Of a DNA stretch of 64,000 bases, positions 1 to 13,115 are shown piece after piece. The stretch lies in contig CM119270.1 in assembly GCA_051294375.1 (NCBI GenBank), positions 2,971,213 through 3,035,212 of the forward strand, written 5' to 3'. The translations under genes were made by a program, and so were the position numbers. The DNA comes from Paraspadella gotoi. Taxonomy: Eukaryota; Animalia; Chaetognatha. Within the stretch, counting starts at the first letter, position 1. The number at the start of each line of letters is the position of its first letter. The notes under the pieces were generated by a model, which saw only the letters and a program-made list of their open reading frames with translations, did not search any database and was not told the DNA's origin.

Positions 1-2554
1 CACTAAGGTAGGTATTATGTTAAGATTTAAGTAAGAAAGGCATGGGTTTAATATTTAAATTAAATTAAAGTTCAGGTATGTTAAGAAAGCAGAAATATGG
101 GCGTTTTCGGAAAAAAGTGTCATTTTTTTATTTTGCGAATGAAAAATTATAATTAATAAAACAATTATTTTTATTTCTTTTCGTTTTCCATTACTTTTCT
201 TTCGACTTCGGGACAATTGTTGAGTGGGACAGAGACCGCGGTTCGTCATCGTCGTCGTCGTGCGTCGCCGCGTTCGGCGTCGCGATAAAAAGCGGCGTCG
301 TCGGCCACGGGCGTCTCCGCCGATTCCAGCGCGCCTTCTTCCGTCTCAAGACGCGCGACCGCCATTCTTCCCGGGCGTCGATGAAAACCAGCGTCTTTCG
401 TCGTCCGGCGACGCCGCTCCCTCCTCCGGCGGCGTCTTTGGCTTGCGGCATCGGCCGTCGGCGTCGCGAACGTCTTTTAGCGGCGTCATCCTCGGCGTCT
501 TTTTGGGCGCCGTCTCTGGCCACAGTCCGACAGCGCCGCCACGAGTAAGGGTTGGGTCCGTTGAGGATGATTTGACGTTTATCCTTCGTCGTCGTTATCC
601 GTCGTTGGCTGCTGCTGTTGCGGCATCGACCCTGCTGATAAACAACTGCTGCTGTTGGCTGGCTTGGCAGGAACGGCGTTGGTCGTCGTCGTCGAAAATG
701 AGTCGTCCGTTTGGAGTTCGAAGTAAGACGGAACGCTTTCTTTCGTAGGAAAGGAGGAAGGATGCGTCGTATTCGCTCCTCTTCACTCTACTTCTTCTTC
801 CTCCTCCTCCTCCTCCTCTCTTCCTCCTCCTCCTCTTCGTCGTGTTCGCACCTGCGATCTGAGCATAGCGGCGCCCGCGGGTGAATTGAGTCTCCGCGGC
901 GGCGACAGGACGGGCGTTGGTGCGGCGCCGCAACGGGAAATGTCAACCGACTCTCTCCGACAATCGTCCTTCAGTGTCCGAGGAAAACGTCCAAGCGTTG
1001 AGGCCCGAGAAAGATGAGGATCGTGATGTTGTTGTTGTTGTTGTTGAATGGGATTGTTGGCTGAATGGTGATAGGTCAGGGGTTGGTTTCGGGTCTCTGA
1101 GTTTTGAAGCGTGAATGGAAGCGCCGCCGCCGCCGCCAGCAAACCCTTTGTTGACGTTTGTTGACCGTTTGGCGGCCGTTAGACGGCGCGATGATGTGGA
1201 TAAAACGGCGGCCGTTGTGGTTGATGTGGTTGTTATTGGTTGTAAGTTGCTGGGGTGAATGTTGGTCTTGGGGTCGCGGACAAACGCGAGCGTCCGTCGT
1301 GGATGGTCTTCTTGGTTGCGGACGAGTCGTTGGAGTGTTCGACGGGATGAAATGGGGAAGAATGATGATGATGATGATGTTGTTGTTGATGGGATGTTGA
1401 TGATGATGATTATTGATGATGATTCCTTCGACGTCATCGTCGCCGGAAATTGAGTGTAAGGATCGATGATGACGGCGACGGGCGTCGGGCACGCCGTTTT
1501 TGAGCGCCCCACCGAAACGCCGGGCGGGACGGGGCGGCCGTTGGGCGGCGCGGCGAGGTCAGCGGCGGTAGGGGCGGCAGCCGTGGGCCGTGGCCCGTGG
1601 CCGCAGAAGGGGCGCCGGCGAACTGGGACGAAAAGGTTCTCGGGAATTGTTGCATGTTGGAGAAGTCGGACGATGAAGAAGTCGTCGTCGGATACCGGCG
1701 TCGTCTTTGGAAAGAGGAAAAGGGATGGGAAAAAATTGGATTTGGTTTGATTGATTGATTGATTGGTTGATTGATTTATTCGGTTTTATTTGATTTGATT
1801 GATTTGATTGAATTGGTGGAAATTTTGTTTGATGGATTTTTTGTTTAAATTGATTGATTTTTGAAGAATAACAATGTTGATCGACTGTTGACCTCGAATA
1901 TATACTAGTTAATTACATTGAATGATTTATTGAAATAAACAAATTTATTTTTGTCTCATTTCATTCCTTATGATACATTTATTAAATTGTTAGATCGAAC
2001 GCATTGTTGCGAACATAATTAGTCAAAATTTTACAATATAAAATATCGTTCATATCGTCATGTTATATTCGGTAATTGACTATACTTTTTAAAGCAAAGA
2101 TTTTTGGTAAGCATCCTTCTAATAAATTAAGTTTACATTTACAATTTTTCGAGTTCAATACACAAACAGGGACGAAAGAATCAAATTGATAAATAAAATG
2201 CAAATAGTCATTAAAAAAAAAAACCTAACTAAGTTACAACAAACTTAGAAATATGAATTAAAATAAGACTTTCAAAAAACTTAAAAATATTTTCCTTCAC
2301 GTTGTACTTTTTAATGCTTCAAACTTTCCGTCTCCCGAATCTGATGCCTGCAGCCTGCTCGAAAAAATGAACGAAGATGAATTGTCGTTTGAAGGTCCCG
2401 AGTCGAATTCCACGCGGGAAGGAAGCCTTTGTAGGAGTCGCAGCCACGCCGCACTCCCAAGGGTAAAACGCTGAGACGGACCGATATCCGGAGGAATTGG
2501 CCTGGCGCGGAGGCCTGTTTGTCGCAATTGTGAAAAATTTATAATTAGGGGGTT

Positions 2555-2628
2555 TTTTTAGTACCGGCGAAAACGCGGCTAATAAGATCGCTTTTTCGGT
2601 CGGTCTGTCGGTCCGACTGTCCGTAAAT
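2555..2628 (+). mobile_element. Helentron/HINE-like 5' fragment
   Basis: TTTTTAG start followed by a GTCG/GTCC microsatellite (tcggtcggtctgtcggtccgactgtccg), as in the elements at 24675 and 58984. Confidence 0.35.
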
Positions 2629-3521
2629 ATAAATAGTTTTAACGCTCGAATGATAAATGATTAATTAAAAATGATTAATGATAAATGCGAGAGGTATGAA
2701 ATAAGAGAGGAGATGGAAGAAGAAGGTAAAAAGAGTAAAAAAAAAAAAGGATTGAAAGTTAATTTTTTTTGATTGGTTTTTTCTAAATTTATATCCGCAT
2801 AGCTTTATAGTTTTTAAATTGAATTAAAATTAAGACTTAACTTTCCTTAAAATAAAATTACTAAAATTTTTTTTAAATAATCGAAACAAACAAATAAATA
2901 AAATCCTTGAAAAAAATTTCTAATGACCAAAAAAAAATTTATTAAAAAATTAATGTTGCGTTTTATTAAAGAAAAAAGAAAAAGAAAGAAAAATGAAATC
3001 AATGACACTGACCCAACCGATTTCAACGCTGAAAAGAACTTTTTTCCAAATCCTTTGTAACAATCCCGCCCCCGGCGCCTGCATTTCCTGGCCTGAAAAT
3101 CCGAGTCTTCAAAAGTGTCAAAAGGTTGCGCCAACGCGGTCGCTACGGATCCAGCGGCGAACTGCAGATCAAGTGGTCGTCAAGAGTCGGTGAAAGTGTG
3201 GTCGCCACGACGACGTCGACGACGAAAGACGTCCCAAGAGAAATCTGATTGAACTTGAATCGTAGGTGCTGAACTGACCAGCGGCGATGCGAAGAGCGCC
3301 GACTGGAGGGTAAGGTCAGAGGTGAGGCGGAAGTCGTTGAGGATCAAATCGGGTCCATTCCTGTTTTCTTTTTCAAACCTGCAGAACATCAAGGATCCAC
3401 CGAAAAGGCCGACGAAACTTTCGGGTGTTCGCTGATCTTGTAGAGACCCGTTCGATAACGTTCTTGTAGTTTCTGCCTAGTGAGAGAAGACCAACGTACG
3501 AATGGGTGATTTGGGTACGCA

Positions 3522-3622
3522 GCCGCCGAATTGACAAAAGTTGCCAAATGCTCAGTTGCCGAATTGACAAAGTTGCCAAATGCGGAGTTGCCATGCAAGT
3601 TGGCGCAATTGCCGAAAGTTTG
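3522..3622. repeat. Short degenerate tandem repeat (gccgaattgacaaagttgccaaatgc...)
   Basis: Two near-identical ~33-bp units plus TTGCC-rich remnants. Confidence 0.7.
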
Positions 3623-4763
3623 CAAGGATTTTAAAATTTACATCTGCGATAATGAAAGTTGAAGGCCTCATAAAGATGTTATGAATAATACGCCGCTCCA
3701 ATAAGTTGGGAAGACTGACCCGAATGACCGTGCTGTATCCTCTTAAGAAAGTTTTCAATTGCTCACTTTTTGCATAACATCTAAAGTAGAAGAGAATTTA
3801 GCGTCAAAGTGATTTGTAGTTATATAAATGTATCCACTTCTATAAAATGTACCAACTGTAAGCTCAAAAACTGTAGAGCAATGAAATCGGTTCTCTCAAT
3901 TTGGATACTTGTCTCCGCATTTTATTATTGTACTCAGATATCAAACGAAACGAAAGGCATAATTTTTTAAAAATAACATCTTAGATGTATGTTTCGCATT
4001 AGTTCTTGGTACTTGAAGATTATTTTGGTTTACAATTGTAAAATAAAGCTAAATTATGACTAATTAAGCGTAAAGTTTGGCCACCGGACGTTTGAAACTC
4101 TTCGTATTTTAAAAGTATTAATAAGTATCCTTCAACAACAAAAAGCAAACCCGCAAACGCTCTCGTCAAGCCACCTCTGCTCAACCGGAAATCGAATATC
4201 GTTCTGCATCCTGAACGTTGACCTTGTGCCGCCGAACGCCGACAAATCCGTCCGAGAAATCCCGGCAGCCAGCGGCGGCAGACCACTTTGAGCGGGTAGG
4301 ACAAGTGTGGGAGACTCGGCGGTGGTTTAGGATTTCCTGAGGTGGCGATTGTGGTTATTTTTAATCTGCAGCTGTGTCAAGTGACGACTTTCCGTATTTC
4401 AAAAAATGAGTTTACATTAAATGTAGCTGATATTATTCTAATACGTAAATTGGCAAATAACTAAAATCACGTTTATATATTGCTTTGTTAATATATCTTG
4501 TTCATCTTTTTAATACTCTAATTTTGTTGAAAAACAATTAAGCCTTGCTTTACGATCCTCGATATCAGAGAAAAATACTACTTTTTGCCTGTATTGTTCA
4601 AGGTTACTGATTAAACAAAATTAATTTAATTGCACCATAATATAAATTAGGCAAAATAACGGATTGGTTAAAACCATCTCCACGCAGCTATTTCTAATCA
4701 ATATAAGAGTAACTATTTTTGCAACATTTTAGGAAAAANNNNNNNNNNNNNNNNNNNNNNNNN

Positions 4764-7110
4764 AAAAGGCAATACGTAGGCAACAGCCGGGTTGCCTGCT
4801 GATGCCCCAGCAGGGATGGACATCTCACTGTTGGCTTTGGCGGCTTCCGACCCTCAATGACGTCTCCAGCCACTGCGCGGATTACCAAAGGACGGTCTCG
4901 CCTGCCAACTCAGAGGGAAGTCGTTAGGACATGTGATGGAACACTACGCCCTGGAGGTGAGTTCCCCTTCTGAGCAATGGTATTAGCAGAACGATCGTGA
5001 CGTGAGGTGGTGTGAATATACCACCACAATGGAACATTTTTTTCAGAACGCCCCGTATCATCTTAAATCAAATTATTTTTTTTAAGTTTAAAGATTAACC
5101 ACCTAAATTAACTTTCATGGAAATTAAAGAAGAGAAATGGGTCGCTTTCGGAAAATAGAGCCAATAATAGAGAAAATAATGCAATACCTGTGTATCTTCC
5201 TTGACGTGTTTGTAGTCTTGGATGGACTCGAGCTGAAAAAGTCAAGTCGATGACGAAGCACGAAAAAACAAAAACTGACCATTTTCATTTTGTTTTTTGG
5301 GAATTTTTGTGTTTTTTTTTCTTAGATTTTTGGTTTTGCTGGTTGTTTTTTTTTAGTTATTTATTTGCGGGTTTATCAAAGAATAGTTTCCTTACTTTAC
5401 AGAAAAAAACTGAAATTGAAAATTGAAATAATGACATTAGATATACTTAGTAGTGGCTCGAAAAAAAAAAACCAAAAATTCAAATTAATTTTCTTTGTTC
5501 GATTAAAATCCCTTTTTAAATGAAACGAAAACTAAAACGGAATTTTAAATAGGATCACACATCTGCGTAGTTCACAAAAATACTTGGCATTTTTAATTTA
5601 CTCCTTGATCTTGTATCTATTTTTTTATATTTAAGGATGCGATTAATTATTTAAAGTTAAGATATATTTGTCCGTTTTGACATTTTTACTTCGAGTGGGA
5701 GCGGCTGTAGGATAAAGAGAAAGACAGCTTTGTATTTTATTTTATTTTATTATTTTAAGACAGGCTACTCTGATGATATTTTTGCGTTAAGATTCTGAAT
5801 TTTAGTGACCCCTCCCGTTACGACTGAGGCTTCACTGAAGTTCGGTGAAAGGGATCTTTGTGACTTTTGTCACAAGTGGAATAAAAAAAACTGTTTAATA
5901 TATACTTCTTTTCTGTCATATTAAAAGAGGTACTGAATAAGTTAAAACCACAAAGCAGTCGAATATCATTATTTTACATTTGCACAACTTAAAATGTCTA
6001 GTTGCGGCATTGTTTAAATCACTTTTTGAATTTGTCAAGATAATACTTATATCAGTTCACAATTACAATAGCATGTGATTTAAAAATTTTTGTCTGCTTC
6101 ATACATAATTTTAATATCAAGTAACTTTTGGATTTGTCAAAAGTAAGTTAAATTAGCAGTCAGTCATATTAAAATAAAAGAAGTCTATAAAATTTTATAA
6201 TTGAGAATGATACAACTGACCAGTAGCAAAAAGCATCATGAAAATTAATTATAATTATGTTTATTATCTAAAAAAAAATTCAAAGTTAAATTTTTTTCAT
6301 ATATTTAATTTATAAATTATTTATTTTCTATTGTCAAAACATCATCATAATAACTTTACTATATATGTATTTGAAGGCCTATATTAGGTTAGGTAAGTCC
6401 CTTATAATACTTAAAATTTTTCTTCAATCATTTGGCCATAGTTATAATTTTTCTTAATTTTAATTATTTGAAAAAAATTTAAAATAATATTTTAATAAAG
6501 AAAAATTAATTACAAATAAAAACTATTAAAGATAGAATACATGGTTATGGACTCAAACGAAAGAAAATTGTTCATCAGCATTATGGATGATGGCATTGAT
6601 ATTTTCATTTTAAAAAAAATTCTAAACCATTTTTAATTTTTTTTATTTCGTACTTTATTGATTTTATTATAGCTAATTTTAATATTAATTTATAAAAAAC
6701 TGTCATAGGACAAATTTATTACCCTTTTTTTTGTGTAGCCAAAGGTCGGCCGTAACGATATCCCGGGACATACTCATTCCTGTGCACTCCATGCCGATTA
6801 AAATCGATGTAAAAGGAACGTGTATACATACCTTTTATGAATTTAAAAGTCTTTCTGTTTTTCTTCACCGATGATCTGTGATATAAATTTAGAAAATCTC
6901 AGATCTTCTGATTCACGTTTTTCATATTTTCTTCCAAATCCTTTTTCGTTCTCAAAGGAAAACCGGACTTGATTTTCTCGCAAACATTGTGACTCAGGTT
7001 ACGCCAGCCCGACCATTGGTGAGCTAAAAGAAGGAAGTCCACCAAAGGGTTAACAAACGAACAAGAATGACGAAAAGAATTTTAATAAAGTTTTCGCCCT
7101 TTTTTACAAA
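4764..7110 (-). repeat. Left arm of a ~2.4-kb inverted duplication (partner 8551-11010)
   Basis: Reverse-complement match followed along the whole length, with many small indels. The segment sits between two 25-N gaps. Confidence 0.95.
4777..5028 (-). mobile_element. Second copy of the family B element (within the inverted duplication)
   Basis: Reverse complement of 10762-10996, with a ~19-bp indel. Confidence 0.6.
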
Positions 7111-7404
7111 TTGGTCGGGCTGGCGTAACTCTGAGTCACAATGTTTGCGTGAAAATCAAGTCCGGATTTTCTTTGAGAACGAAAAAAGATTTTGAAGAAA
7201 AAATAANNNNNNNNNNNNNNNNNNNNNNNNNATCAAGACTCTTTCACAGTTCGTTTTATTCACTCCCAGATACCTGGCTCCTATCAAGAAAGTGGAAAAT
7301 ATTCAAGAATGTTTCAAATTGTATGAAAAAGACCACTCCTTAAGTATTACGAATCGGAGGAATACTTATTTGTACTCCGCATTAGCATCAAATACAAGGG
7401 CTGA

Positions 7405-7686
7405 ATTTTATGAAGATTGTTACAACCAATATAAAAATTATCCATTCATTTAATAAATAGGAGCTATCTTGGCCCGCTAGACTTTGGACAGGCTTTGGTG
7501 TTTCAGGCCTCCATTCATGCTTACAAGATAATGACATAAGCAGGTCCCTGGCACAGCTTTCAATCAGACTCTTTCACAGTCTCGTTATTCACTCACCAGA
7601 GTACCCTGCTTCCCTATCAGATGAAAGTGGAAATATTTCAAAGAAATGTTTCAATTGTATAAAAGGACCACTCCCTTACAGTATTA
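7405..7686 (-). repeat. Dispersed repeat, homologous to 56040-56310 (partial direct duplicate at 7232-7345)
   Basis: Reverse-complement similarity over ~280 bp (aagggagtggtc...tacaattgaaacatt; aaagcctgtccaaagtc; ttattaaatgaatggataatt). Confidence 0.85.
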
Positions 7687-8164
7687 GTCTTAACCATGTC
7701 CAAAGTCAAGAATAATGATTAAATGTTACATATATGTTGTACCAATTTCTCAAGGCCAAGAGAGTATTCTGTTAGACAGAGAGAGAGAGCCTCGATTGAG
7801 CGCTTGATGGGTCCGGTTATCTTGAAAGAGAGATTGAGTCACTAAGATACGGTTAAAACCGCCATAGGCTGACCAAAGCAAGTAACAATATACATCTTAG
7901 TAGATCTTAGGTATGAAATAGTTTTTCATTATTAGACAACTTTGCCATAAGCAAGATCAATTTTACGATGACGTTAAAAAGAGATCATAGAATATTTTTC
8001 CTTTCTTTTTCGTAATAAAAGATGAGAAACTTTTCATATCTCGAACTTCTAGATCTTTTTTAGGAGATTAGATGCAGTACATGACAACCGTCTGAAGTCT
8101 TGAGTTCCTATAGTAATCAGAGCTGATATAAACAACAGAAAAATTAATAAATTATCAATGATTA

Positions 8165-8200
8165 ATTGCGTTTCAAGTTCTCTGAGCCTTCGTCAGTGTC
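8165..8200 (-). ncRNA. Degenerate hammerhead ribozyme core (Penelope-like LTR remnant)
   Basis: Minus strand reads GACA-CUGACGA-AGGCUCAGAGAACUU-GAAAC-GC; the 3' half (stem III and stem I) is missing. Confidence 0.35.
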
Positions 8201-10506
8201 GCTCGTTTATGTATTAGGTTTTTTACCCAAATTCTTTCGTCACATCAACACGCTATTCGTCTTCAATAAAATAGTGGTGCCCGCCAAACAATTCTCAAAT
8301 TCTTTTCAACCTGTTTCTGATTGGAAAAAAAACCGACGCTGAAATGGCGGCGTATTTTTTAAAATTAATTTAAATGCAATCATTATATGTAAAAAAAATG
8401 GAGCTAAAGTATTTCATAATCTCGCCCAACATTAATTGAAAATAGAATGTAAACATCGAGTTAGTTTGTTTTAAATGTTGAGTGTTTCGCTTTTTTCATC
8501 GAAAAACAAACAGAACTGATTAGCTGTAGCAAAACTGTTTGTCACAGACTTTTGTAAAAAGGGCGAAAAACTTTATTAAAAATTCTTTTCGTCATTCTTT
8601 TCGTTTTGTTAACCTTTGGTGGAACTTCCTTCTTTTGCTCACCAATTGGTCGGGGCTGGCGTAACTCTGAGTCACAATGTTTGCGAGAAAAATCAAGTCC
8701 GGTTTTCTTTGAGAACGAAAAAAGATTTTGAAGAAAAAATAATGAAAAACGTGAATCAGAATCTGAGATTTTCTAAATTTATCATCACAGAATCATCGGT
8801 GAAGAAACCAGAAGACTTTTTAAATTATAAAAGGTTATGTAAACACGGTTCCTTTTTACATCGATTTAATCGGCATGGAGTGCACAAGAATGAGATGTCC
8901 CGGGATACGTTTCCCGACCTTTGGGCTACACAAAAAAAAGGGTAAATCAAATTTTTCCTATGACAGTTTTTTTATAAATTAATATTAAAATTAGCTATAT
9001 AAAATCAATAAAGTAGAATAAAAAAAATTAAAAAATGGTTTAAATTTTTTTAAAAATGAAAATATCATGCATCATCCATAATCTATGAACAATTTTCTTT
9101 CGTTTGAGTCCATAACCATTATTCTATCTTTAATAGTTTATTTGTAATTAATTTTTCTTTATTAAAATATTATTTTAAATTTTTTTTTCAAATAATTTAA
9201 ATTAAAAAAATTATAACTATGCCAAATGATTGAAGAAAAATTTATATTATACAGGGACTTACCTACCTAATATAGGCCTTCAAATACATATATAGTAAGT
9301 TATTATGATGATGTTTTTGACATAGAAAATAAATAATTTATAAAATTAAATATATGAAAAAAATTTTAACTGTTGAATTTTTTTTTAGCATAATAAACAT
9401 AATTATTAATTAATTGTTCATCGATGCTTTTATAGCTACTGGTCAGTTGTATCATTCTCAATTATAATAATTTTATGACTTCTTTTATTTTTAATAATAC
9501 TGACTGTATATTTACTTACTGTTTGACAAATCCAAAATTACTGATATTAAAATTATTGTATGAAAGCAGACAAAAATTTTTAATCACATGCTATTGTAAT
9601 TGTTTGAACTGATATAATATATCTTGACAAAATTCAAAAAGTATTTAAACAATGCCCAACTAGCATTTTTAAGTTTGCAAATGTATAAATAATTGATATT
9701 CGACTGCTTTGTGGTTTTAACTTAATTCCAGTACCTCTTTAATATGACAGAAAAGCAGTATATATTTAAACAGTTTTTTTATTCCACTTGTGACAAAAGT
9801 CACAAAGATCCCTTTCACCGAACTACAGTGAAGCCTCAGTCGTGACGAGGGTCACTAAAATTCAGAACTTAACGCAAAAATATCATCAGAGTAGCCTGTC
9901 TTAAAATAATAAAAATAAAATAAAATACAAAGCTGTCTTTCTCTTTATCCCTCACGTCGCCACTCGAAGTAAAAATGTCAAAACGGACAAATATATCTTA
10001 ACTTTTTAATAATTAATCGCATCCTTAAATTAAAAAAATAGATACAAGATCAAGGAGTAACGTTTAAAAATGCCAAGTATTTTTTGTGAACTACGCAGAT
10101 GTGTGATCCTATTTAAAATTCCGTTTTAGTTTTCGTTTCATTTAAAAAGGGATTTTTAATCGAACAAAGAAAATTAATTTGAATTTTTTGGTTTTTTTTT
10201 TTCGAGCCACTACTAAGTATATCTAATGTCATTATTTCAATTTCAATTTCAGTTTTTTTCTGTAAAGTAGGAAACTATTCTTTGATAAACCCGCAAATAA
10301 ATAACTACCAAAAAAAAACAACCAGCAAAACCAAAAATCTAAAGAAAAAAAAACACAAAAATTCCCAAAAAACAAAATGATAAAAATGGTCAAGTTTTTC
10401 GTTTTTTTCGTCTTCGTCATCGACTTGACTTTTTCAGCTCGATCCATCCAAGACTACAAACACGTCAAGGAAGATACACAGGTATTGCATTATTTTCTCT
10501 ATTATT

Positions 10507-10759
10507 GGCTCTATTTTCCGAAAGCGACCCATTTCTCTTCTTTAATCCATGAAATTAATTTAGTGCTTAATCTTTAAACTTAAAAAAACAAAGTTTGAAG
10601 AGAGATTTAACAACGATTTTTATTTCATAGTTGTTAAATCTCTCTTCAAACTTTGTTCTAAACCAAATCACAACGAAACAGAAAGGAAAAAAAAAACACA
10701 ACTTAAAAAAAATAATTGGATTTAAGATGATACGGGGCGTTCTTGGAAAAAAATGTTCC
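10507..10759. mobile_element. MITE with GG...CC ~30-bp imperfect TIRs (mirror copy at 5031-5162)
   Basis: ggctctattttccgaaagcgacccatttc ... gatacggggcgttcttggaaaaaaatgttcc; same TIR family as 25550-25840. Confidence 0.55.
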
Positions 10760-10761
10760 GT

Positions 10762-10996
10762 TGTGGTGGTATATTCACACCACCTCACGTCCACGAGCGT
10801 TCAGCTCATACCATTGGCTCAGAAGGGGAACTCACCTCCCAGGCGTTGTGTTCCATCCACACTCCTAACGACTTCCCTCTGAGTTGGCAGGGCGAGACCA
10901 GTGACTGGAGGCGTCATTGAGGGTCGGAAGCCCCCAAAGCCAACAGTGAGATGTCCCATCCCTCTGGGCATCAAAGGCAACCCGGCTGTTGCCATA
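10762..10996 (+). mobile_element. Solo-LTR-like element, family B, with tRNA-like cassette (Helenus/TRIM-like)
   Basis: TGTGG...CCATA termini and a perfect 4-bp TSD (ccgt/ccgt). 5' hairpin GGTGG..CCACC, A-box TGGCTCAGAAGG, CTCCCA loop and T-arm-like TGTG-TTCCATC-CACA. Confidence 0.6.
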
Positions 10997-11313
10997 CCGT
11001 ATTCCTTTTTCGTGGATTTTTTTTCATCGGCCAGATTTAACAGATTTTTTTAAGGCGATTCAGCCAACATATTCCTATTTCATGAGAATACCAGATACCG
11101 GATATCGAATACCGGATACCGGATACCACCACAAGAGACGCGATGCCATGTTGTTGAAATATTTTGTTTTGCCGAAAACGTACGGGAAGCTCAAACAATC
11201 CCCATATTTTTAGTAAAAAAAAAAACGAGTTGAAGCAATTTCGGATCTGCCAATGATATTTTAGCGGCAAACTCTTCCCCCAAAAACTATTTCCCGAGCC
11301 CAGGACTCTTTCC

Positions 11314-12230
11314 ATGGCTGGCCAGAGGGTCTAAAATGATTTTGTTTCCTTCCCCCCTTCAAGCTCTCGAACTTCTTCACCAAGTTGTGGACGGAAGATG
11401 GCGCCAAATCTAGAGTCGGAGTCGACATCATCCTGGATAAGGGGAACCAGACTTCCTCCAGCGAGACCGCGGATAAATCGCCAAGGTACAAATGAATCGC
11501 GCAATCTTTTAATTAACCAATCACTAAGATAATCAATCAATCAGTCAATCGAGGAAGCTGGAAAAGGACGAATCAGTTTATTGATAGACCCATCTATCAA
11601 TCAATTAAATTATTAGTTTATTAATAAATTAATCAATCAATCATTATGTAAGTAAATCAAATGAATGAATGAATGAATGAATGAATGAATGAATGAATGA
11701 ATGAATGAATGAATGAATGAATGAATGAATGAATGAATGAATGAATGAATGAATGAATGAATGAATTTCTAAAAAAATTTAAAAAATGGAATTCACTGAA
11801 TCCTTTATTTATCAAAAAATAAATCCAACCAATCAGAAAATTGTTCCAATACGTGGACGAGTCTTTCCTGTCTCGACCGACGACTGCGGCGATGATTGCT
11901 CTGCACGACAACTACATCGCGAGGACGTCCTGGGTTGAAGACCAGGTGGAGGGGTGGATAGGGGTGGTGGAGGGGGGAAGGGAGTGGTGGAAGGGTGGAA
12001 AAAGAAGGTGGGTTTGTCACTGGGATTAGTCACTGGATCAGGTTGAGGAGTGAATAGAGGGCATATTGATTGGAAGAGCTGTTTGGGCTGTATTTTAAAT
12101 TAATTATTTTTCCTCTCTTTCTCCCTTTCTTTACTCTCTTTCTCTACTCTCTCTTTGTCTCTCTCTCTCTCACTCACTCTACTCTCTCTCCACTCTCTCT
12201 TTCTCTCTCACTCTCTCTCTCTCCCTCTAA

Positions 12231-12263
<33 letters not shown>

Positions 12264-12289
12264 TCGCTTCTCTCTCTCCTCTCTCTCTT

Positions 12290-12323
<34 letters not shown>

Positions 12324-12450
12324 CACTCTCTCTCAGGAGTCAAACCCGACTGAACTTCACGAGATCGACATCTTCCTGGATCGCGTCGTCAACACTCCGA
12401 CAATGCAGAGGGCCTTTCAGTTCCTGAGAGACAACAATCTATTACCTGGT

Positions 12451-12487
<37 letters not shown>

Positions 12488-13083
12488 AAAATATATACAG
12501 ACTGAAAGACAAACAGACAGACAGACAGAGAAACAGGAATAAAGACAGCAACTCGTAAACAAAACTTCCAAACTCCGCTCGGTTTCCCCCCCTTCTTTTA
12601 CAGTCTGTTCCACCGCCTCGTATCCATGGAAACGCCTCCTGCGCCATCTTTGGTTCGATCTCTACTCTCGCCACAAGGGGCGCCTCGGTAGCAGCGGGTT
12701 CGAGCACGTCTTCATGGCGGAGATAGACGACGGGAAGATAAAGGGGATGCACAATTGGATTTGGGTCTATTTGATGGAGAAGAGGGGCGTCATCGATTAT
12801 AGGGTGAGGGGGGCGGGGATTAAAGAGACTGACACACATCAGTCAAAAGCACAGACAAACGGACAGACAAAAAACAAAAACGTATAAGATGACAGACATA
12901 TGGCCAAAAGGCTGATAAAATTATGCTTAAGTATGTGATTTGATTGATTGATTGATTGATTGATGATATATTTTTTATTTATTTATTTATTTTATTTATT
13001 TTATTTATTTATTTATTTTTATTTATTTATTTATTTATTTATTTAATTATAAGTTTATTTATTTATTGATTGATAATTTATTT

Positions 13084-13115
<32 letters not shown>

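Larger units (their letters stand above)
191..4365 (-). pseudogene. Putative degenerate spliced gene for a low-complexity/disordered protein. Candidate exons: 4365-4151, 3476-3013, 2514-2301, 1704-~200.
   Basis: CpG-rich islands in an AT-rich background, with AG acceptors and GT donors whose phases are compatible (2,1,2). Poly-Q/H/A/E tracts occur in the linked frame, but there are multiple in-frame stops and no recognisable domain. Confidence 0.35.
8551..11010 (+). repeat. Right arm of the ~2.4-kb inverted duplication
   Basis: 8551 tttgtaaaaagggcgaaaa matches 7110 in reverse complement; 10900-11010 matches 4764-4900. Confidence 0.95.

Noticed and set aside
191-4365. Alternative genetic code (stop reassignment)
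   Set aside because: EndoU and kelch exons have no internal stops and end in TGA; all three stop types appear in the degenerate unit.
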